64,000 nt of DNA from Acidimicrobiales bacterium. Lineage in GTDB: Bacteria > Actinomycetota > Acidimicrobiia > Acidimicrobiales > Bog-793. Every line of letters begins with the position of its first letter. The stretch's first letter is position 1. The translations under genes were made by a program, and so were the position numbers. The notes under the pieces are model-generated. The model was not told the origin of the DNA, searched no databases, and saw nothing but the letters and a program-made list of their open reading frames with translations. The stretch spans positions 561 to 64,560 of the forward strand of contig JBEKYM010000016.1 in assembly GCA_049510975.1 (NCBI GenBank), written 5' to 3'. Below are positions 1 to 9,057 of this stretch, in pieces.

Positions 1-195
1 CGCCGAACACGAGCCGCACTTGCCTGCTTTGCAATTCCAGCGAACGGCGAGGTCGGGCGCCTGGGTGGCTTGGATGCGGTGGACGACGTCGAGGACCACT
101 TCACCCTCCTGGGCGGGCAGGCGGTACGTCTCGAATTCCCCGCCGGAGGCGTCGCCCCGCCAGAGCTTCATCACGATCTCGGCGGCATCGCCCAT
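1..195 (-). CDS. sdhB: Succinate dehydrogenase/fumarate reductase iron-sulfur subunit, N-terminal 65 codons only (gene continues past window start)
   Basis: Own translation of the minus strand from ATG at 195: MGDAAEIVMKLWRGDASGGEFETYRLPAQEGEVVLDVVHRIQATQAPDLAVRWNCKAGKCGSCSA. This carries the 2Fe-2S CxxxxCxxC motif. ATGA start/stop overlap with the upstream flavoprotein gene. Confidence 0.85.
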   Translation of the reverse strand, partial: MGDAAEIVMKLWRGDASGGEFETYRLPAQEGEVVLDVVHRIQATQAPDLAVRWNCKAGKCGSCSA

Positions 196-1991
196 CACTT
201 GGCCTCCTCGAAGAGGGCGGCGAGCTCGCTCGGCATGACCGGCTTCGGTTCCGGCACGACGACGATCTCTCCGCCGCGAAGGCGCGTCACCATGTTGACT
301 TTCTCGAGCTCGGGATCAGGCTTGGGGTAGTCCTCGCGGGTGTGCCCGCCCCGGCTCTCCCGCCGTTCGATCGCCCCGAGCGTCGTGCATTGGGCGCAAG
401 CCAGCATCGACTCGAGGTCGAGGGCGAGGTGCCAGCCCGGGTTGAAGGACCGGTTGCCCTCCACTGACACCGCCGCAGCCCTCTCCCCGAGCTCGACGAG
501 TTTGCCCTTGGCCTCGAGGAGCTCGCTCTCGGTGCGGATGATGCCGACGAGGTCTTGCATCGTCTCCTGCAGGTCATGGTGCACGGTGTAGGCATTGTCG
601 TTCGACTCGTGCTCGAAGAAACTGAGGGCGTGCTGGGTCACCGCCGTGACCGCACCCTCGTCGAGCGACGTCGCCGGCCGCCCGAGCGCATACTCGGCGG
701 CTGCCCCGCCTGCGCGTCGCCCGAAGACGAGGAGGTCGGAGAGCGAGTTGCCACCCAACCGGTTGGCTCCGTGCATGCCGCCGGCCACCTCGCCGGCAGC
801 GTAGAGGCCGGCCACGGTCGTCGCCTCGGTGTCGGCGTCCACGCGCACGCCGCCCATGATGTAGTGACAGGTCGGACCGACTTCCATGGCGTCGGTCGTG
901 ATGTCGACATCGGCGAGTTGCTTGAACTGGTGGTACATGGAAGGCAAGCGCCGCTTGATCTCCTCGGCGGGACGGCGGGAGGCGATGTCGAGGAAGACAC
1001 CGCCGTGAGGGCTCCCTCGACCAGCCTTCACCTCCGAGTTGATCGCTCTCGCGACCTCGTCGCGAGGCAGGAGCTCAGGTGGTCGGCGAAAATCGGACTT
1101 GTTCGTGTACCACTTGTCTCCTTCCTCGATCGTGTCGGCCGTCTCAGCGGCGAAGTAGGGCGAGATGTAGTTGAACATGAACCGCTCGCCGTCGCGGTTC
1201 TTCAGGACGCCCCCGTCGCCCCGGACGCCTTCGGTCACGAGGAGGCCGCGGGCCGAAGGTGGCCAGACCATGCCGGTCGGGTGGAATTGCACGCATTCCA
1301 TGTCGATCATGTCGGCGCCGGCCCACAGTGCCAGCGCCTGTCCATCGCCGGTGGACTCCCAGGAGTTGGACGTGAACTTCCAGGTCTTGCCGACCCCGCC
1401 GGTGGCGAGCACGACGGCTTTGGCCGAGAAGGTGACGAACTTGCCACTCTCCCGCCAGAAACCCACCGCCCCGTTCACCGCCCCGTCGGCACCCACGAGG
1501 AGCCTGACGATCTTGCACTCCATGTAGACGTCGATTCCGAGCGAGACGGCGCGGTGCTGCAAGGTACGGATCAATTCGAGGCCGGTGCGGTCCCCGACGT
1601 GGGCGAGGCGGGCGTAGCGGTGTCCGCCGAAGTCTCGTTGCAGGATGCGGCCGTCGGGCGTGCGGTCGAAGAGGGCCCCCCAGTCCTCGAGCTCATAGAC
1701 GCGATCGGGCGACTCCTGGGCGTGCAGCTGGGCCATGCGCCAGTTGTTGAGCATCTTGCCGCCGCGCATCGTGTCGCGGAAGTGGACCTGCCAGTTGTCT
1801 TCGGGCCAGACGTTGCCCATGGCGGCTGCCACGCCGCCTTCGGCCATGACGGTATGCGCCTTGCCGAGCAGCGACTTGCAGACCAGGGCGGTGCGGGCAC
1901 CCTTGGCGAGCGACTCGACGGCAGCCCGCAGCCCTGCGCCTCCCGCACCGATGATGACGACGTCGTAGTCGTGGGTTTCGTGCTCGGCCAT
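195..1991 (-). CDS. sdhA: Succinate dehydrogenase/fumarate reductase flavoprotein subunit
   Basis: Within ORF 195..2738 the protein-like part starts at MAEHETHDYDVVIIGAGGAGLRAA (FAD GxGxxG fold). It also has HPTG, and RLGGNSL near the C-terminus. ATG at 1991 overlaps the stop of the upstream anchor gene (ATGA). Confidence 0.95.
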   Translation of the reverse strand: MAEHETHDYDVVIIGAGGAGLRAAVESLAKGARTALVCKSLLGKAHTVMAEGGVAAAMGNVWPEDNWQVHFRDTMRGGKMLNNWRMAQLHAQESPDRVYELEDWGALFDRTPDGRILQRDFGGHRYARLAHVGDRTGLELIRTLQHRAVSLGIDVYMECKIVRLLVGADGAVNGAVGFWRESGKFVTFSAKAVVLATGGVGKTWKFTSNSWESTGDGQALALWAGADMIDMECVQFHPTGMVWPPSARGLLVTEGVRGDGGVLKNRDGERFMFNYISPYFAAETADTIEEGDKWYTNKSDFRRPPELLPRDEVARAINSEVKAGRGSPHGGVFLDIASRRPAEEIKRRLPSMYHQFKQLADVDITTDAMEVGPTCHYIMGGVRVDADTEATTVAGLYAAGEVAGGMHGANRLGGNSLSDLLVFGRRAGGAAAEYALGRPATSLDEGAVTAVTQHALSFFEHESNDNAYTVHHDLQETMQDLVGIIRTESELLEAKGKLVELGERAAAVSVEGNRSFNPGWHLALDLESMLACAQCTTLGAIERRESRGGHTREDYPKPDPELEKVNMVTRLRGGEIVVVPEPKPVMPSELAALFEEAK

Positions 1992-2887
1992 CAGAAGAAC
2001 CTCGGATCGTGCAGCGTGCCCGAGGCGACGAGGTAGACGTAGAAGTCCGTCCAGGCGATCCATCCGAGTGAGAGCCAGGCGAACAGCTGGTGGTGCTGGT
2101 TGAGCGGTGTGACGATGTCGCGCCAGAAGCGGAAGCGCAACGGCGATCGGGAGAACTTCTTGGCGCCTCCGCCGCAGATGTGGCGGCAGGCGTGGCAGCC
2201 GAGGGTATAGCTCCAGATGAGCACGGCGTTCACCACGAAGAACAGCGTCCCAAGACCCATCCCGATGCCCCCGGGGAAGCGGAAGGCCTCGACGGCGTCC
2301 CAGGTGAGCAAGCAGCCGAACACGACGGCGAAGTACCAGAAGTAGCGGTGGATGTTCTGGAGAATGAGGGGAAAGCGCGTCTCGCCGCTGTAGCGGCTGC
2401 GCACTCCGCCCTGTGTCGTGGAGCCGGCATCGGCCACCGCGCAAGCCGGCGGTGACGCCCAGAAGGACCGGTAGTACGTCTTGCGGTAGTAGTAGCAGGT
2501 GAGCCGGAAGCCCATCGGGAAGATGAGGATGAGCAGCGCCGGCGATACCGCTCCGATGCTTCCGATCCGACCGAATTGAGCTGCACTCCCGCAGCTGTCC
2601 ACGAGGCACGGCGAGTAGAAGGGGGAGAGGTAGTCGCGGGGGTAGCCGACGAAGTAGTGGCCGTTGCGAAACGCCGTCCACGTGCCGTAGGCGACGAAGG
2701 CCAGCAGACCAAGAGCCGTGACCAGCGGCTGCACCCACCAGCGGTCCTTCCTCAGCACCTGCGAACGGGGAGGCCCTCCTCGTGGGGCGCCGATCGTCAC
2801 AGGGATCGGCACAGGTGCCGCGGCGGTGTCTTGCACGATGCTCAAATGCGATGCCTTCCGTCTCGCTGTTCGGGCCGGACCGCCCAC
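1991..2887 (-). CDS. Succinate dehydrogenase membrane anchor/cytochrome b-like subunit (polytopic, single large anchor)
   Basis: 298-aa ORF with several hydrophobic helices (WVQPLVTALGLLAFVAYG, YFWYFAVVFGCLLTW, LGTLFFVVNAVLIW). It lies first in an anchor-flavoprotein-FeS operon with translational coupling. Start codon uncertain. Confidence 0.75.
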   Translation of the reverse strand: MGGPARTARRKASHLSIVQDTAAAPVPIPVTIGAPRGGPPRSQVLRKDRWWVQPLVTALGLLAFVAYGTWTAFRNGHYFVGYPRDYLSPFYSPCLVDSCGSAAQFGRIGSIGAVSPALLILIFPMGFRLTCYYYRKTYYRSFWASPPACAVADAGSTTQGGVRSRYSGETRFPLILQNIHRYFWYFAVVFGCLLTWDAVEAFRFPGGIGMGLGTLFFVVNAVLIWSYTLGCHACRHICGGGAKKFSRSPLRFRFWRDIVTPLNQHHQLFAWLSLGWIAWTDFYVYLVASGTLHDPRFF

Positions 2888-2938
2888 GGTCTCGGTGTGT
2901 TCACCGGGACGTCACCTCGGGCACCAGCGATCTTTCCA

Positions 2939-3766
2939 TCATTCGGGCGGGACTGGCGAGTTCATTCGCTCGGCGAACTCCGGGGGCAGCCCGTTCGGGA
3001 CGTACGGAGGCACCAGGGAGTAGCCGAAGCGATCGACCCGGTCGGCGAAGTCACGTTCCGCCATCCGCCCGGAGCGCTTGGCCCAGGGGCTGCCCGCCTC
3101 CCAGGCTCGGTAGTACTTCTCGTTGACCCCTGAGCGCACCGTCTCGGATGTCTCCGCCAGATCGAGGCCCAGCCAGCGCAACAGTCTGGCGTGTTCGCCC
3201 ACAGGGTCGGTCACGACGTCCTCGTAGCGCAAGACGCGAACCCGACGAAGATGGGGGAGGTCGCCGGCCATGATCTCGTGCGCGGCCACCCAATGGGCGA
3301 TGAGCGCTCGCCGACTCGTCTTGGACCACTTCGCCGTCGCTCCCGCCACCGAGATCGGATGGCGCATGGTCATGACGAAGTAGGCGTTGGGGAACAGCAT
3401 CTGGAGGTACCGGGACTTGATGAGGTTGGGTGGGGACTTCTCCACGAGCACCCGCCTCGAGAGATCCCAGTACGGCGACCAAGCCTGGAAGAGGGCGCCA
3501 GCCGCCTCGGGGTGTGCGGCAGCCTCGGCCTCGGTGAGGTGCATGAGCGGGTCGAAGGCGAATCTGCCTGGACCACCGTGCTGGCGCGCCGTGTCGTAGC
3601 TGTGCTGAACGTGCTGGCCTTCGTCCTCAGGCACTCCTGTACCGGTCAGCCCCGATGCCTCGGGGTGGGAGGCGAGCATGCGTGCGAGGAGGGATGTGCC
3701 GCTCCTGTGCAGCCCACCGACAAAGACCATCTGGTGGTCTTCCACGCGTATCGATTCCCCACTCAT
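2939..3766 (-). CDS. Sulfotransferase family protein
   Basis: N-terminal PAPS 5'-phosphosulfate-binding loop VFVGGLHRSGTSLLARML. It also has the downstream KSPPNL and RHPISV motifs typical of the Sulfotransfer_3-type fold. Confidence 0.8.
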   Translation of the reverse strand: MSGESIRVEDHQMVFVGGLHRSGTSLLARMLASHPEASGLTGTGVPEDEGQHVQHSYDTARQHGGPGRFAFDPLMHLTEAEAAAHPEAAGALFQAWSPYWDLSRRVLVEKSPPNLIKSRYLQMLFPNAYFVMTMRHPISVAGATAKWSKTSRRALIAHWVAAHEIMAGDLPHLRRVRVLRYEDVVTDPVGEHARLLRWLGLDLAETSETVRSGVNEKYYRAWEAGSPWAKRSGRMAERDFADRVDRFGYSLVPPYVPNGLPPEFAERMNSPVPPE

Positions 3767-3787
3767 CGGGCGGGAGGCCTCCCGAGC

Positions 3788-5242
3788 TCAGGACCTTGAG
3801 CGGTACGTGGCCCGGGGCCCGGCGGCGTCCTTGTTCAGGCGCTTCGAGAGGTGGAGACCTTCGAGGACGAGCTCGATGGCGCTCGCAAGGGCGCCCGGGC
3901 TCTCCGAGCCGGCCAGCGCGCTCGCCGTCGGCCGCAATGCCGGGATCTGGTCGAGCACCGCCAGGTAGGCGGCCGAGTCGAGATCCGGCCCGGCGTGCAC
4001 GACCGTCCCGTCCTCGAAGCCACCGACGATCTGACCGAGCTCCTCGGTCGGGCAGTTCTCCCGGAACGTCTGCAGGACGGCGGCCTTGAACAGCTTCTCG
4101 ACGACCTCTTCGTCCTCGCCCTCCTCGAGGGACTCGATCTCGAGCTTGCCGAGCGTGGAGGACCAGAGGGCGTCGAGGTCGCTCACGCGGGGAACGGCTT
4201 CGTGCTCGCCGTGACGGATGGCGCGCCGGACCGAGGCGGCCGCCAGCGTCTCGTAGTTCGCCACGCTGAGGCGCACCGAGACGCCCGACCGTTGGCTCAC
4301 GCGCGGGCTTCGACGGGCCAGCTGGCTCACGCGGGCGACGATCTCGGCCATGAAGGGCGACACCTCGACCCGGACGCCGCGAAAGTCGAGGGGCTGCGCC
4401 TCCTGGTGGATGATCGTGAGCTCGGTCTCGATATCGAGCGGGTAGTGCGTGCGCAGACGCGTGCCGAATCGGTCCTTCAGCGGCGTGATGATCCGGCCCC
4501 TGTTCGTGTAGTCCTCCGGGTTGGCGGAGGCAACGAACATGATGTCGAGCGGCAGCCTCACCTTGTGCCCGCGGATCTGGATGTCGCGCTCTTCGAGAAC
4601 GTCCAGCAGACCCACCTGGATCCGTTCGGCGAGGTCGGGCAGCTCGTTGACGGCGAAGATGCCTCGGTTGGAGCGGGGAACGAGCCCGAAGTGAATCGTG
4701 AGCTCGTCGGAGAGGTAGCGCCCTTCGGCGATCTTGATCGGGTCGACTTCGCCGATGACATCGGCGATGGAGGTGTCCGGAGTGGCCAGCTTCTCGCCGT
4801 AACGCTGGGAGCGGTGCACCCAGGTGACGGGGGTGTCGTCGCCCTGGGCGGCGACGAGCTCGCGGGCATAGTGCGAGACCGGCGCATACGGGTCGTCGTG
4901 GATCTCCGAGCCCTCCACGACCGGCAGCCACTCGTCGAGCAGCTCGACGAGTGCGCGGATCATGCGGCTCTTGGCCTGACCGCGCTCGCCGAGGATGATG
5001 ACATCGTGCCCGGCGATGATGGCGTTCTCGAGCGCAGGTAAGACGTCATCGTCGTAGCCGAGCACGCCGTCGACGACGGGCCGCCCTTCGGCGATGCGTG
5101 CAAGCAGGTTGCGGCGCATCTCCCGCTTGACCGGTTCCGATCGGTATCCGGAGGCTTTGAGCTCGCCCAGAGTGGAGGCGCTCGGTGGTCCGCTCGAGTC
5201 GTGATCGGCCGGAGCGTGCGGGAGATGGGAAGCATCAGACAT
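3788..5242 (-). CDS. ChlI/BchI-like AAA+ ATPase ('magnesium chelatase-like'/sigma-54-interaction-type ATPase)
   Basis: Walker A variant ILGERGQAKS, Walker B IFAVNELPDL, sensor/arginine-finger region FVASANPEDYTNRGRIITPLKDRFG. Confidence 0.8.
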   Translation of the reverse strand: MSDASHLPHAPADHDSSGPPSASTLGELKASGYRSEPVKREMRRNLLARIAEGRPVVDGVLGYDDDVLPALENAIIAGHDVIILGERGQAKSRMIRALVELLDEWLPVVEGSEIHDDPYAPVSHYARELVAAQGDDTPVTWVHRSQRYGEKLATPDTSIADVIGEVDPIKIAEGRYLSDELTIHFGLVPRSNRGIFAVNELPDLAERIQVGLLDVLEERDIQIRGHKVRLPLDIMFVASANPEDYTNRGRIITPLKDRFGTRLRTHYPLDIETELTIIHQEAQPLDFRGVRVEVSPFMAEIVARVSQLARRSPRVSQRSGVSVRLSVANYETLAAASVRRAIRHGEHEAVPRVSDLDALWSSTLGKLEIESLEEGEDEEVVEKLFKAAVLQTFRENCPTEELGQIVGGFEDGTVVHAGPDLDSAAYLAVLDQIPALRPTASALAGSESPGALASAIELVLEGLHLSKRLNKDAAGPRATYRSRS

Positions 5243-5295
5243 GGCTCAGGAAGCCTACTGAGAACCGCGGCCGGTTGGTTCTCCTGGCGTGACGC

Positions 5296-6363
5296 TCACG
5301 CGTTCAGGTAGCTGGCGAAGGTGCTGGCGTCGATGTTCGCCCCGCACACCACGAGCCCGACCTTGGCTCCGTCGAGGCGCGCCCGCAGCGGGTACCTCAA
5401 TGCTGCCAACGCCGCCGCTCCGGCCGGCTCGGTGACGAGCTTGGCCGCAGCGAACATCTCCCGCATCGCTTCGAAGATCTGGGCGTCGCTCACGAGGACG
5501 ACGTCATCGACGAAGCGTTGGTTCAACGCCAGCGAGTACGGCTCACAACGTGGGGCCCCGAGCGAATCGGCAACAGTGTTCACCGCATCGATCGATTCGG
5601 GTTTTCCCGAGGCGATGCTGCGGCTCAGGCTGTCGGCGCCCTCGGGTTCGACGGCAAAGACTTGCGTCAGCGGACTCATCTGCTTGAAGGCGCAGCCGAC
5701 CCCGGCGGACAAGCCTCCGCCGCCGGCGGCGACGATGACCGCATCGAGCGTCACGCCGAGCGCCGCAGTCTGCTCCACGAACTCCATGCCGACCGATGCC
5801 GTCCCCAGTGCCGTCTTCGGGCCTTCGAAGGGATGCACGAAGGTTCGGCCCTCTGCGGCGGCGATCTCATCGGCCCGGTCGAAGGCGCGATGAACGTTGT
5901 CGACGAGCTCGATCTCACCGCCGTAGTCCCGGCACAGCTGGACGCGAAAGGCGTTGGCGTTCTCTGGCATGACGACCTTGGCGCTCGAGCCGAGAATCCG
6001 CGCCGAGTAGGCGAGGGAGATGGCGTGGTTCCCGGCCGACACTCCCGTCACCCCGCGCCGCAGTGCCGCAGTGTCCAGGTCGAGCATGACCGACAGGGCG
6101 CCCCGCGGCTTGAAGCTGCCCGTGCGCTGGAACAGCTCTTCCTTCAGCCAGATTTCGCCGGCGTCATGCTGGGCTGGGCTCGGCTGCATCAACCGGACGG
6201 GCGTCGTCTCCACAAAGTCGCCAAGGCGCAGCCGGTTCGCTCGAATCGCCTCCACGCTCGGCGCCTCGACGGCGGAGGAAGCGCCGAGACTCCTGCCGCT
6301 GCCACCGTCGCCGTTCACGGACGAGACGCTACCGCCGGGCTGCGATCCCGAAGAAGCAGCCAC
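5296..6363 (-). CDS. PLP-dependent threonine/serine dehydratase (threonine ammonia-lyase family)
   Basis: PLP-lysine motif ELFQRTGSFKPRGA, SAGNHA, glycine loop AAGGGGLSAG. The Gly/Ser-rich N-terminal ~35 aa may lie upstream of the true start. Confidence 0.85.
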   Translation of the reverse strand: MAASSGSQPGGSVSSVNGDGGSGRSLGASSAVEAPSVEAIRANRLRLGDFVETTPVRLMQPSPAQHDAGEIWLKEELFQRTGSFKPRGALSVMLDLDTAALRRGVTGVSAGNHAISLAYSARILGSSAKVVMPENANAFRVQLCRDYGGEIELVDNVHRAFDRADEIAAAEGRTFVHPFEGPKTALGTASVGMEFVEQTAALGVTLDAVIVAAGGGGLSAGVGCAFKQMSPLTQVFAVEPEGADSLSRSIASGKPESIDAVNTVADSLGAPRCEPYSLALNQRFVDDVVLVSDAQIFEAMREMFAAAKLVTEPAGAAALAALRYPLRARLDGAKVGLVVCGANIDASTFASYLNA

Positions 6364-6415
6364 TCGTTTCGAGGACCCGCCCGCCTCGCCGGCCGCCGGT
6401 TCCTACACTTGGGCT

Positions 6416-8473
6416 GTGGCCCGCGCCTCCTACTCGCGTTGGGACGGAACCCAGCAGGGTTTCGATCTCGATGCCGATGCCATCCTGGCCGAGATCAACG
6501 ACGACGTCATGTACCACGGCGACGTCGGGGCGGCCCTCCGGCGCATGATGCAGCAGGGGTTCTCCGATCGGGACGGCAAACGCATCGCCGGCTTGCGGGA
6601 GCTGCTGGAACGGCTGCGCGAGCGACGCCGTGAGGAGCGTGAGCAGTACGACCTCGGGGGCGTGTACTCCGAGATCGCCGCCGAGCTCGACGAAATCGTC
6701 GATCTGGAGCGCGACGCCCTCGACGAGCTCGAAGCCGAAGGCCGGGAGTCCGGTGACACTCGGCGCCAGGAGGTGACCGACGAGGTCGTGGCGGAGCGGC
6801 GGAGCGAGCTCGGCCTGCTCCCCGACGATCTCGCCGGCAAGATGCGGGCGCTCTCGGGTTACGAGTTCGCCTCGAGCGAGGCACGGGAGAAGTTCGAGGA
6901 GCTGACCGAGCGCCTGAAGCAGGAAGTCGTTCAGTCCTACCTCGACCAGGCCGCCGGCGCCGTGGCGGGCATGGGTCCGGAGGAGCGGGACCGCCTGCGG
7001 CAGGCCCTCGATCGCCTGAACACCATGCTCGAGCAGAAAGAGGCCGGCGAGGAGCTCGATCCGAGCTTCCAGCAGTTCATGGACGAGTTCGGCGACTTCT
7101 TCCCGGGCGACCCTCAGAACCTCGACGAGCTGCTCGAACAGCTCGCACAGCGCATGGCGGCCACCTCCGCCATGCTGGCGTCGATGACGGCCGGGCAGCG
7201 CCAGCAGCTGCAGGCGCTCATGGACGACCTCCTCGGCGACATGGACCTGTCCTGGCAGATGAACCGCCTCGCCGGCAACCTTCGATCGATGTTCCCAGAT
7301 GCTGCCTGGGACCGCCGCGTGTCGTTCTCGGGGGCGGACGCCCCGGGACTGGCGGAGGCGTCGGATCTCTTCTCGAGACTCGCCGATCTCGATCAGTTGG
7401 AACAACTGCTCTCGGGGGCCCCTCAACCGGGCGCCCTCGCCGAGGTCGACCTCGAGCGCGCTCGCCAGCTCCTCGGCAACGACTCCGCCGCCTCGCTCGC
7501 CGAGCTCGCCAAGCTGTCGAAACGGCTAGAGGACGCCGGCCTCGTCGAGAACCACGAGGGTCGCCTCGAACTGACCCCGCGAGGCTTGCGCCACATCGGC
7601 CAGCGTGCTTTGCGAGAGCTGTTCTCGCGCCTGTCGAAGGACCGGCTCGGAGGTCACGAGCTCACTTTGCAAGGAACCGGACACGAGCGGGCCGACCAGA
7701 CGAAGCCCTACGAGTTCGGGGATCCGTTCAACTTGCACATCGAGCGGACCGTCCGCAACGCACTGCGGCGCCAGGCGGGCGCGCTCGATGAGCCCGTCGC
7801 CGGCTCGTCGGCGCGTGCCGGCGTGAGCTTTCCTGTCCGGCTCCAGCCGGACGACTTCGAGATCGAGCAGACCGAGCACCTCACGAGCTGCGCCACGGTG
7901 CTGCTGCTCGACCTCTCGCTCTCGATGCCGATGCGGGACAACTTCCTCGCCGCCAAGAAAGTCGCCATCGCGCTCCACGCCCTCATCTCCATGCAATTCC
8001 CGCGGGACTACCTCGGGATGGTGGGTTTCTCCGAGATCGCCCGGGAGATCCGAGCCTCGGAGCTACCCGAGGTCTCCTGGGACTTCGTGTACGGCACGAA
8101 CATGCAGCACGCCCTCATCCTTGCCCGGCGGATGCTGGCGAGCCATCCGGGCACGAAGCAGATCGTGATGATCACCGACGGCGAGCCGACGGCTCACTTG
8201 ATGGAGGATGGCGAAGTCTTCTTCAACTACCCGCCCGTCCGGGCCACCGTGGACGCCACCTTGTCGGAAGTGCTGCGGTGCACGCGCGAAGGCATCAGGT
8301 TGAACACCTTTGCGTTGGACGCCACGGGGCACCTTCGGGAGTTCGTCGAGAAGATCACTCAGCTGAACGGCGGCCGGGCGTTCTTCACGACGCCGGAGAC
8401 GCTCGGCGACTACGTCCTGGTCGACTTCATCGAGCACCGCCGGGCGATGGGACGCTTCGGGCGCTCCGCCTGA
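6416..8473 (+). CDS. VWA (von Willebrand factor A) domain protein with long acidic coiled-coil N-terminal region
   Basis: The C-terminus has the MIDAS DxSxS motif VLLLDLSLSMP and MITDGEPTAH. ORF 6020..8473 overlaps the divergent dehydratase gene, so I place the start at the in-frame GTG at 6416 (VARASYSRWDG...). Start uncertain. Confidence 0.8.
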   Translation: MARASYSRWDGTQQGFDLDADAILAEINDDVMYHGDVGAALRRMMQQGFSDRDGKRIAGLRELLERLRERRREEREQYDLGGVYSEIAAELDEIVDLERDALDELEAEGRESGDTRRQEVTDEVVAERRSELGLLPDDLAGKMRALSGYEFASSEAREKFEELTERLKQEVVQSYLDQAAGAVAGMGPEERDRLRQALDRLNTMLEQKEAGEELDPSFQQFMDEFGDFFPGDPQNLDELLEQLAQRMAATSAMLASMTAGQRQQLQALMDDLLGDMDLSWQMNRLAGNLRSMFPDAAWDRRVSFSGADAPGLAEASDLFSRLADLDQLEQLLSGAPQPGALAEVDLERARQLLGNDSAASLAELAKLSKRLEDAGLVENHEGRLELTPRGLRHIGQRALRELFSRLSKDRLGGHELTLQGTGHERADQTKPYEFGDPFNLHIERTVRNALRRQAGALDEPVAGSSARAGVSFPVRLQPDDFEIEQTEHLTSCATVLLLDLSLSMPMRDNFLAAKKVAIALHALISMQFPRDYLGMVGFSEIAREIRASELPEVSWDFVYGTNMQHALILARRMLASHPGTKQIVMITDGEPTAHLMEDGEVFFNYPPVRATVDATLSEVLRCTREGIRLNTFALDATGHLREFVEKITQLNGGRAFFTTPETLGDYVLVDFIEHRRAMGRFGRSA

Positions 8474-8539
8474 GGTCGTTCCGGCGCCGCCGGCGGCGTC
8501 AGTAGGCACCCAGCACCCGCCGGCACCGGCACCCGCCGG

Positions 8540-8593
8540 CAACCTTGATAGTGACTTTGAGACGTATTTGTCCGTAAACCACTATCAAGGTTG
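8540..8593. repeat. Perfect 14-bp inverted repeat (CAACCTTGATAGTG / CACTATCAAGGTTG) around a 26-nt AT-rich loop
   Basis: Read directly: arms at 8540-8553 and 8580-8593. It lies 67 nt downstream of the VWA stop and 186 nt upstream of the whiB-like start. No U-tract follows. Confidence 0.9.
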
Positions 8594-8778
8594 GAAGCGC
8601 CGCCCTCGAAGGGCCACCCCCGCCACCCCGCAGCTGGACTCCCGACCGCCACAGAACCTCCTGACCCGGTCGCCGGCAGCCCGTCATCAGATTTCCGCTT
8701 GCATCTCGGCGCTCGGCGGTACACAATGACTACAGGCGTGTAACTACACGTCTGCGAGTCACCATGTAAGGGGAGGGG

Positions 8779-9057
8779 ATGCCGGTGGCCTTCCAGTCGA
8801 TGATTCTCGAGGGTCCTGACCGATCCTGGCAGGGACGCGCCAACTGCATGGGCGTCGATCCTGACTTGTTCTTCCCCGAGCGGGGCGCTTCCACGCGAGA
8901 GGCCAAAGAGGTCTGCCGCGGGTGCGTCGTGCGGGAGGACTGCCTCGACTACGCCATCGCGAACGGGGAGAAGTTCGGCATCTGGGGCGGCATGAGCGAG
9001 CGTGAGCGCCGGCGGGTGCGCCGGGCGCGGGTGCTGGCCCAGCAAAGCGCTTCCTAA
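8779..9057 (+). CDS. whiB: WhiB-family transcriptional regulator (Wbl, 4Fe-4S)
   Basis: C-x(n)-CxxCxxxxxC pattern (ANCMG...VCRGCVVREDC), G[IV]WGG turn (FGIWGGMSERERRR), basic tail. GGGGAGGGG SD just upstream of the ATG. Confidence 0.9.
   Translation: MPVAFQSMILEGPDRSWQGRANCMGVDPDLFFPERGASTREAKEVCRGCVVREDCLDYAIANGEKFGIWGGMSERERRRVRRARVLAQQSAS

Noticed and set aside
195-2738. 847-aa ORF taken as a single gene
   Set aside because: The first 249 codons are Arg/Leu/Pro-rich and overlap the membrane-anchor gene in another frame. The flavoprotein clearly starts at ATG 1991 (MAEHETHDYDVVIIGAGGAG), coupled to the upstream stop.
3627-5041. Long ORFs 3627..4931(-), 3851..5041(+), 3655..4089(+)
   Set aside because: They are out-of-frame or antisense to the AAA+ ATPase gene. 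Their Arg/Pro/Gly-dominated composition is typical of shadow ORFs in high-GC DNA, and no motifs are present.
5518-7426. ORFs 5518..6633(+) and 6329..7426(-)
   Set aside because: They are antisense or out-of-frame shadows of the dehydratase and VWA genes, with low-complexity Arg/Gly/Leu-rich translations.
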